A DNA stretch of 64,000 nt from the NCBI GenBank assembly GCA_000708835.1, contig DF237265.1, positions 39,986 to 103,985 of the forward strand, given 5' to 3'. How positions within the stretch are numbered: position 1 is the first letter of the stretch; every line of letters starts with the position of its first letter. Under the pieces are notes generated by a model. That model had not been told where the DNA came from. It searched no databases and was given only the letters and a program-made list of their open reading frames with translations. The position numbers and the translations under genes were made by a program. Below, in pieces: positions 49,022 to 64,000 of this stretch. This DNA comes from Klebsormidium nitens. Lineage: Eukaryota; Plantae; Klebsormidiophyceae.

Positions 49022-50813
49022 ACTAGGAGACCCGTCAGATTATGGCAATTACAGGACGGTGACAGTGGGGCCGGTGTTGGGCAAACTGTTTGCAACTGTC
49101 ATCAACCGAAGGCTGACGGAGTGGGCCGAGAAAGGGTCAATTCGGGCAAAAGGGCAGGCCGGGTTTCGAAAAGGTTTCCGAGCAACAGATCATCTTCTTA
49201 CGCTGCGTGTCCTGATCGAAAAATGGGGTCGAGGTAGGGATCGGCACCTCTTTGCTTGCTTTGTCGACTTCAGAAAAGCGTTTGATCTGGTGCCCAGAGA
49301 AAAGTTGTGGCAACGGCTGAAAGAACTAGGAGTGGGGGTGAAAATGCTGCAGAGCGTGCGGAGCATGTACACCGACGTGCGTTGCCGGGTCAGGGGAGAT
49401 GGTTGGATCTCAGAAGAGAGCTTCCAAAGCAACTCGGGAGTCAAACAGGGTTGTCCTCTTAGTCCATTGTTGTTCGGGCTGTACACAGACGGTTTGGAGG
49501 ATTCGATGCGGGGGAGGGGAGATCCAACGCTAATGGGAGTTGGGGTTCCGCTCTTGGCGTTTGCGGACGACGTCCTTCTTCTTTCGACGGATCCAGAGGG
49601 CTTGCAGCGAAAGCTAGAAGTGCTGGAAAGGTTCTCGGAAAAGAGTGGTCTTTCTGTTAACCTTCAAAAGACGCAGGCTGTGGTCTTTGGGGGTCAATTC
49701 GGCAGTCAAAAGAGGAAGCACGACTTCAGGTATGGTGGTGAGCAAGTCGAGATAGTCAAAAGCTACCGTTACTTAGGGGTCCAGTTCAGTTGTATTGGAA
49801 GCTTTAAAGAGGCCGTTCAGCATTTGGTAGAAGCGGGGCGGAAGGCCAACTTTGCCATGGAACGGAGGTGTGCCGAGCTTGGGTTGCATAAAGCGAGCAC
49901 GAGGGTGGGTCTGTTTGACGTACTGGTCAGACCGATCCTGGGGTATGGCGCGGAAGTCTGGGGTCCCGGGTACGGTCCGGAGTGGGGATGGAATGGCGAT
50001 GGGGACGGTCCGGAGAAGGTTGGTCGAGCATTCTTGCGGGGTCTTCTGCGAGTTCGGAAATCGACGCTATCAAAGGCGGTTCTGGGAGAGTTTGGTCGGT
50101 TTTCCTTGCTCCTTGATCGCTGGGCGCAGGTCTTCAAGTTCGTGAACCGCACAGCGAGCCTTCCCCAGGATCGGCTGGCCCGTTTGGCCTTTGAAGAGTC
50201 GAGGGAAATGTGGGCAGCAAACAAGGGCGGGTGGTACGCGAGGATCGTAGAAAAAGCTTGCGAACTCGTGTCAGCAAACGAAAGTACAGGTGTTCTGGAC
50301 TTAGCTTTGCTTCAAGAGAGGTCTGAGATGGCATATATGCAGGACCCGAGGGAGGGTTATGGCCGAAAGTTCTGCACGTACTTTGGTGAAGTCAAGATCG
50401 GCTACTCCTTTGAGCCTTTCATAGATCAAATAGGCGTCTCCGCGCACTTTGCAACCCTAGCCAAATTCAGAGTGGGAGCACACAAGCTCGCTATTGAATC
50501 AGGGAGTTGGCAAGGGATTGCTCGCGATGAGCGACATTGCCAGGTCTGTAAGTCGGGAGCAATAGAGACGGAGAGTCATTTTGTATATGATTGCTCGGGT
50601 TATAGTGACATTCGAACGACCTTTCAGTTTCTATTCGAGGACAGACGACATAGAGACTTGAAAGCTTTTCTTAACTTGCAGGACACATATGTGGTAGGTA
50701 AATTCGTGCATCTTGCTTTAGATAAGCGAGCTAGCGTAATAGGACAATCGTCGACTTAGCCGATCACGGCTCCGAACCGACGCTAATCAAACAATAACAA
50801 TAACAATAACTAG
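49022..50813 (+). mobile_element. 5'-truncated non-LTR retrotransposon (RTEX/L2-like LINE): RT domain, C-terminal CCHC finger, (AACAAT)n tail
   Basis: Uninterrupted ORF to 50759 starting mid-RT (GDPSDYGNYRTV, QAGFRKG, FVDFRKAFD, KQGCPLSPLLF, LAFADD, YRYLG). Finger C-x2-C-x9-H-x4-C near the end. (AACAAT)3+AAC at 50790-50810. Possible TSD ACTAG at 49022-49026 and 50809-50813. The clade assignment is tentative. Confidence 0.92.
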
Positions 50814-51559
50814 TCAGCGGCCGGGGACTGCATACGTTGATATTTAACCTGCATCATGCATTGACTCAGCCTGCCATGCTTCAAATTGGATTCCAGATCA
50901 GTGCAAAACGCCAGAATACTTGTGTTTAAGGACACAATATTGAAGCTTCAATATTGGACTCGCGGCCGGAAAGATTGGATCACAAGTTAATTGCATAGCT
51001 ACGTATGAACCAATGATACATAGGTGTTATGCATACGTTTGAGTTCCTTTTAATGCCACTCGAATCATGACGCATTATATACACCACGGAACTAGCATGC
51101 CGCGCGCAATCTATATTGCTCCGCGCGGCCAATCTGGTGTCCATAGGCTGGCAATCTACTAGCTAGTGTCATGAATGTGGTCAGTATAAGCTCACGTTCG
51201 GAAGCTCGGAAGGACCATCCCTAAGTCACCCGATCGAAATTATCGCCAAGCTAGCTGCCCGTAGGTAATTAAACCGATAGATTGGCTGGTGAGCCAGGAA
51301 CTTAGCAGGCTTGATACAACAGATTCCGAGGATCGGCCGTATTCCAACCTTGAAGCCTTCTCTTCAGGCTTCCAATCATGCTTGCAGGCTGAGGTGATAT
51401 GATGATACAAATCCAAACATCAGTCTGCGGCTTCAATCACCTTGATTACAAGAAGCGTTCGTCATTCTATTTTGACCATAATTTATCCTTATCTCGGCTA
51501 ACAAGCTGACAAATTGCATGCGACGTCACTTGGACGGTTGTTCTTGAGTTAAGCTTAGG

Positions 51560-54500
51560 CTATAACGGCAATGGTATTGTTGTCAGACAATCGTATGCTA
51601 CATACATCCGTTTTGTTATTCTAAGCTTGTGCCGGAAGCCCACATCTACTTGGGCCAGTGCCAGAAGATCCCCTCGTAGGCTGCATTCGAGAAACAGGCA
51701 AGAGCATGACATAAGTGCACTAGTTGCAGTTGTATATATTGTCGATATCAAGCTACAGTGTGCGGCAAAAAATGCAGAGCGACAAATCAGAGGCGCCCGT
51801 TGTTGAGCCGTTGCCATGGCCTGCTCACTTGTTCCACTCGTCGTTCTTGACAGCGTGCGGCTGCACCGCCTGGTACAGCCGGTGGACCACGAACAGCAGC
51901 AGCCCTTGCCGCACCCCGCTCCCGCCCTGCAACCGAAAAAGGGAAGGTCGAGGACGAGCTCCTCGTAGCAACGATACGAGGTCACGAGGTGCTGCACGTC
52001 ATCGACTGAGGCCAACCATCTGCAGTCATCAGCCCTGGCCATCTGCAAGGAAGGCGTACGCTGCGTGCACTCCCGACCCTACCTGCGCGTCCCGGCCCTC
52101 GTCTCGCAGCGCCTCTAGCAGGACCCCCTCCGCTTCCGCCAACAGCTGCCGCCGCCGCGTCTGCGCCACCCGCCCCGTGCCCAACTCGTCCTGCCACACG
52201 GGGCAGCAAGGAGCTTCAACAAGCAATACTGCACCCTGTTACCGAGCATTGCAGAGAGCGTAGACCCCACCCAAGCTTGACAACGACAAGGAGTCGCATC
52301 AAGGAGGCGGGGCGGACCTTGGGCCGCGTGGCCTGGCGCAGCGCGTAGAGGACGGCGGCGGCGAGCAGCAGCGCGGGGAGGGCGGCCATGACGCCGAAGT
52401 TGATCTCGTTGCTGCGCAGCACCTGGTCCAGCTCCAGCATGGCCACCTGGACGTCCAGCTTCAGCTTCTGGATCTGCACGCACCACCGCGCACGGGCAAG
52501 CGCGCTGCGTCAGACGAGGAGCAACGACCCGCTGTATCATGCGGTGCAGCGCACAGAAGGAGCGGCAGCGCATCCAGGCTGCGAACACTTGATAATCGCA
52601 ATGCGCAACAAGTCGTGGCCTGCTTTGATACAAGGCCGCACGCAGCCCGGGGAGGCGCACATGCGGGCTGCCGTGTTCATTGGCGGCGGTGACAGCGCAC
52701 CTGGATAAGCAGGGCGCGCGCGAGCTCGCCACTCAGGATGGAGCGCATCGGGTGGAGCAGCTCCGCCTCGTACCTGCACGGGATCACGGAACTGTCAAAA
52801 CCGGGCAGCGGGGTGGTTACTGAGCATCGGTAGTCTTCTTGGAAGTCGAGTTAGCGGAAATATGAACGGAGGCGAGACAATGCACCGAAGCATGAGGAGC
52901 CTTTGCAATCTGGTTTTAAAAGTCGAGCGTTTCGGCGCGCTTGGCTGCTCACTTCTTCATGAGCACGTCCATGAGGTCCTGCGTCTTGGCCTGCGGCGGC
53001 GGTGTGGGCAGCTCCGCCTTGCTGTCCTGCGAGAAGGCCTCCAGCATCCTGCACCACGCCGGAGGACACCCGCGTCAGGCACCGTCCAGGGCAGCGCCGC
53101 GGGCAGGGGACGCTGCCAACACGTCAAAGACGAAGAACGGCCGAGCCGAATAGCGATCACGATCTGGAAAGCACTGATCCTCCTTTTGGTGATCCGTCAC
53201 TGACGACTGACTGTGCCTGTCGGGGTCTTTTTCCAGGGCGTACCTGCGGAGGGAGTCCTCGTTGGCCTTGATCTCGGCAGGCTCCACGATAGAGCGTGGC
53301 CGCTCGTGGAACGTCGAGAAGATCTCGCCGCCGATGGATGTCACCTGCATCGTACACACAAGCCGCAATCACGAACGGAAAAGCGCCTCGAGAAGACGGG
53401 AGCAGCATACACACATTCATCTTCGTCGAAGATTTCTACTCAGAAGACAAAATATGCAAGATCTGCCTCGAGGAAGCGGGCGACTCAGAGGTCTCGTATC
53501 GTTGGGTCTGTCGAGGTGGCCTGCAAAATGAAACAACACCTGGGCGGCACAGCCTCGGCCCCTCCCCTTCGAACCTCGTGAATACATAAATTGATGTGCC
53601 CCACGCTGCCTACGACTGGCTTCTTTCATCAACAGCAAAGTAACCTCGGACGAAGGTTCAAGATGCTTCCATCAAATTCCAAGAATACGGAGTCCACCAA
53701 GACTTCACTTCACTGCGGGCATGCCCTACTCACGGGGTCCCTGACGTGCTCCTTGTAGAAGGTGGCCACGCTGTCCGCCAGCTGGCGCCCCCACCGCTCC
53801 AGGTCGTCGCTGCCCGCCAGCGCGCTGTGCCGCACCAGCCACACCCCCGCGGCGGATGCGGCCAGGGCGCCCGCGCCGTAGCGCAGCCAGAGCCGCTCGC
53901 GGTGGCCGGGGGGCCGATACGGGCGCAGCAGGTGGCCCATGCAGGCGTGCAGGTCGAGCAGGTCCTGGCGCGCGCACGCCAGCGCCTTCTGCAGCACCGC
54001 GCTGCGCCACTCCATCACGCGACCCGTGACCTGGCCGCCCTTCAACGACGCGGAGCGCGGCCGCAAACTGACCTGGAACGAGGGGGAGGGGGAGGAGGAG
54101 GCAGGGGGCCGCCCGAGGACGGAGTCCTGCAGGAACAAAGAGAGTGGTTTTGGCTCTTGTGAGGAAAGGAAAGTACAGGGGAAGAGCGACTTCCGACTTG
54201 TCAGGGGTGAAAAGTATACACAGCCCGAGATTGCACTGGTTTCACGGAGCTTTAAACTGAAGAAGCGTCCAAGATAGCCGAGGACGCAATTTGCAGCCAG
54301 GTTGTTAATCAAGCCATGTCCACGAAAGAAACACACAGCTCTAAAGATTCTGGTGGCAGCAAAAACAGCAATGATGGTCTCACCTGCGGCTGTGGGTATT
54401 CCCCCTGCAGGCGCTCCAAGGCATCCAGGAGGTCCGCTAGCGCCCCTGAGAGTGCGCGCCGCAGCTCCCCCGCCGACGCCTGGGCCACCAGCCGGGCGCC

Positions 54501-55508
54501 AATCGCGTGCACCTGCGCAGTGGCAACAGCTGGAGAGTGCGAACAATAAAGCAGGCGACAAACAGAACTAGACTGGACATGTCACGTGAATCAATGTTGC
54601 AATCTCCTCTGGGATAGCCAGGCTGCCCTCGACACAGCTTGTACCCTTGATGGCTCTGCCTTGTGCTGGGCCAGTGGCTGACCTGCGCGAGCTGCGCGGC
54701 CAGTCTGTCCCGGATGGCGGTCAGGCGCTCGCAGCGCTGCACGATGCCCTGCAGCGCCTGCTGCTCCAGGCTCAGCTCCTCGGCGGCCCCGCCCCCGCCC
54801 CGCCGCACAGCGCGCCGCACGTACTCCACCACGCCCACGCCAAACGCCCAGGGGCCACGCTCCAGCAGCATGAAGCGCAGCTTGGACGAGCCCTCACCCT
54901 GCGCGGCAACAAGGGGGGGAAACTCAGGGTGACCTCCAACGGTAGCTTCATGGGACGACTGATCAGCGATCGCTGTACCTGAGACAAGCGTCAGAGACTG
55001 AATTGCAATCAACTGCAATGAGGCGCGCCTGACCTGTGCGCGCTGTCTCCAGAAGCGCAGGTACTTGTCCGTCTTGCGCAGGGCCTTGACCAGCAGCTGC
55101 GCCGCAACCTCCACGGTGCGCACGCCGTCCTCAAACAGTGCCGTCAGCTGCCTGCCACACACAGCCAACAATCAGTCGTGAGCGACGCAATGCACTTCAC
55201 TGATGCACCGCATTGGGCCATCTATGGCGGCCACCCATCAGATCCCCTCTGCCAGCAGCTGCCATGTTCCACCACCCTGCACATCAGCGCCCTGCAATAG
55301 CTGTTGAACATACAAAATTGACCGCTCACTTCTTTTCGTCTTCCTGCCCCGCCGCTGGCATTGCGGCCAGCTTGGCCAGCAGCGCTGCCCTGGTCTCCGG
55401 AGGCACCACCGGCATGAAGCCCGGCTGAGGCGCCAGCACGGCGGGGGGGCCGGCATGCAGGCCGGGCAGGCCCAGCAGGCCAGGTAAGGCGCCCACCCGC
55501 AGCGGCAT
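51560..55508 (-). CDS. DGS1: DGS1 (DGD1 suppressor 1) / NCA2-domain mitochondrial outer-membrane protein, 12 exons
   Basis: Exons give KYLRFWRQRA, FMLLERGPWAF, YEAELLHPMRSILSGELARALLIQ|IQKLKLDVQVAMLELDQVLRSNEINFGVMAALPALLL, GLLLFVVHRLY...DEW, and final LRGDLLALAQ...YDCL*, matching plant DGS1. The start codon choice (55508) is less certain. Confidence 0.9.
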
Positions 55509-56426
55509 GGCGCCACCACCACCGCTAAACAGGGGCCGCAGCGGGGGCACTAGACGTCACCACCCCAAGATGGGAGGGTGGTGCAAAGGGCAGTGCTATC
55601 TACTTCAGGAACCTCACCAGTTTCGTTTAGAATGTGATGCCTCAAGAAGCTGAACACTACGTTCTTCCAAAAGACGTCCTTGCTCCTTCGCATTGGCGAT
55701 GGCATTAATTCAAGCTTCAAGCTATTAAATGTCAGCACAGGCCAAGGGTAAAGCATAAAAATGTGCCAAATTGGGGCTGTTTAAACATATTGCGCTGCCC
55801 CAAATGCATAAACCTGGTCGTTTAGGACCCGGCCGTTACTGCAGGACTGTTCGATGACAATCTTTCATCCGGCTGCACACACGCAAAGAATGATAGTAAA
55901 GTCGATGAAACGCTACTCATAAGAAGGCTCATAAGAAGGGAACTTCAAAAGCGTAGCAATATACGACCATTCGAAAGTCACTGCGCGTATAATCTGGCCA
56001 TCGCTGGAGAATGTTCATCATCCAGCTTTTCCTGAGCGCTCTCAAATGAGACAAGCTGGTTGAAGTGGAACAGTTGTGGCGCTTCCTATCCTTAGACAAC
56101 CTGGGGTAGATTGAAGGCAGCACCGTGTCAGTGACGAGGTAAGTGCAACTTGCAGATAGATAGATGCCCAGCGCCTAGCAGTCATCGTTGCTTGAAGTGA
56201 ATCAGGATTGACAAAAAAAAGGTTGGAGGTCTGACACATCGCAATTGCCATCAATTGGCTTTGTTTTGATCGGTTCGTTGGTGGCAGTACACCTGCAGAA
56301 TATTGCGCTTGGCGGAAACGTCGCGCGGCATGCTTCCTTACCAGCGCAGCTTTGGTCTTTTGAGGGTGGTGTGTCCCTTGCTGCTGCATGCTGACTGTCG
56401 CTGTTGCGCCCATTGTTCAGGCGGCC

Positions 56427-62421
<5,995 letters not shown>

Positions 62422-63720
62422 GTTGAGCAACAGGACCAGGACAGTTGAGTAGGCATCTACCTTTATTAACGGAACCTTTGGGTAGATTTCGCCGTCTCTG
62501 TTAGCACACAGAGGTTGGGTCTTTGAGAAAATGGTTGGAAGAGCATACATCGTATTGACCTGGCACAAAAAAGTGGCACAATGGTGTAATTCACTGGCTT
62601 TGCAAAAGTCGCGTACATCCGCTACTTGGTATCTCAGTCGACATGCAGGATTCATCTGTCGAGCTGGCCCGCCGGTCGAATGGATCAGTTCTATCGACCG
62701 GGTAGCTTAGGAACTTATGTGCAAGTTGCACAAGTAATGTATGTGACTAGCTGATCATGCATGTCGCTTGTCAAAGTCATCGACCCGCCGCCGCCGCGCC
62801 CGGTCATGTGCTTTGCGCAATTATGCAATTTGTGTGGGTGATGCAATCATAACTCTCAAGAAAGATAATGATAAGCTAAGATAATAGTAAGCTTCGACTA
62901 ACACTAAAAACCCTAACTTTAAATAAAACACCCGCTCCGCACCCGTACCCACCCTAACCACCATACTAACCCTACCGCGTACCCGTCACAGTGCAATTAC
63001 CTTACTATTATCTGGGCTTACTATTATTTTTCTTGAGTTTCATGATGCAATCCCCCGATCATGCAGATTTTGCGAAAATTTGCATAGATTCTAATAGTAA
63101 TTCCGATCAATGCCGCGCGCGGCCGCCGGGCTTCCATCATTGTCATTTGAATGCGCATGCAATATATAGCTAGCTAGACAACCGTTACAGAGCATCGACC
63201 ATTAAGTAGGACGACATATGATAGGACACATTGATCCGCCTTCCTTAATTCGTATACGTGGTTGACGTGTTTTGATTTGGACCCTTGACGCATAGACAGA
63301 GTGGATATGACCATATTTCGCCTTCAAGCTTTGCATAGTGAGCCCTGTGTGGATTTATTTTCAATAATATGCATATGATATACCAAAATTAGTCGGGTAT
63401 ACTAGCCCAGTACTAACTTAAAGAAACTTGTATATATATCATTATGGTGTAGATCTACCGTACGAAATTGAATGCCAGGTCTCATGATGTACTTATATGA
63501 TGACCGCGTCCGACGGTGAGTCAATCACGCATGCCTGGTATGCAATCATGCAAATACATGATCGATCAGTATATTTAATAGTATAGTTCACCATGGTGAA
63601 CTATGCATAGGCCTTAGTATCCTGGGCACGGAGTTGCGTCCCGGGAATTCGAATTAGCTATTTGAAACTTAATTATTTAAAGCTTTTTGTTTCTTATATG
63701 TACATTAATTGAAAAGTGAA

Positions 63721-63760
63721 GTCGCGCAAATTCGCGGAAAGTCGCGCAACGTCGCGGGAA
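63721..63760 (+). repeat. Four degenerate 10-bp tandem units with a TCGCG core
   Basis: gtcgcgcaaa ttcgcggaaa gtcgcgcaac gtcgcgggaa. Confidence 0.6.
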
Positions 63761-63781
63761 CTCCGGCTCTGGCATGGCCTA

Positions 63782-64000
63782 TGTGACGAACGCGCTAGCC
63801 ACTAGGCTAGGGCCGCCAAAAGGTTCGCGAAACGGTACTTCCTTTTGCGGCCGAATTACTTTATACCGTAATTCCGCGCCTCCGGGTAGGTTTGATGTGA
63901 CTAGCCCCCTGCCGGGTGGATTAGTTCCGGCCTTACGGACAGGATCGTCACATTACCCCCACCTCCACCCCCCAAGGATCCGGCCGGCCAGAGCTGCGGG
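63782..64000 (-). mobile_element. 3' end of an LTR retroelement: 171-bp LTR (63782-63952) preceded by a polypurine tract; the element body continues past the window edge
   Basis: The LTR is bounded by a perfect 8-bp inverted repeat TGTGACGA...TCGTCACA. On the minus strand GGGGGGTGGAGGTGGGGG-TAA directly abuts TGTGAC, and a TATAAA lies inside the LTR. The 5' LTR and TSD cannot be checked here. Confidence 0.75.

Noticed and set aside
49011-49025. GTG start of the 582-aa RT ORF
   Set aside because: The ORF begins mid-RT domain. The first codons are flanking DNA of a 5'-truncated element, not a real start.

Overview
Intron-rich eukaryotic nuclear DNA, most consistent with a streptophyte (charophyte) green alga such as Klebsormidium. 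This is an inference from plant-type orthologues, GT-AG introns of a few hundred bp and GC-rich codons. Most ORFs in the supplied track are artefacts of spliced genes, so I rebuilt the genes by hand from splice sites and reading phase. In order: the 3' end of proteasome beta-6 (PBF1, +), an intronless bacterial-like SAM methyltransferase with an N-terminal membrane anchor (+), endosomal Na+/H+ antiporter NHX5/6 (-, 17 exons), MOR1/XMAP215 (+, about 44 exons), an APRR2/GLK-type pseudo-response regulator (+), DPM3 (-), V-ATPase subunit G (+), a 5'-truncated LINE with an intact ORF (+), DGS1/NCA2 (-), PRP16 helicase (+), and the 3' LTR plus PPT of an LTR retroelement at the right edge (-). The most striking observation is a pair of homologous 98-nt exons (7a and 7b) in NHX. 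They can only be used one at a time, and a canonical branch point 17 nt from the upstream donor would enforce this sterically. A mitochondrial cob fragment (NUMT) sits in NHX intron 1. No rRNA, tRNA or CRISPR array was found.
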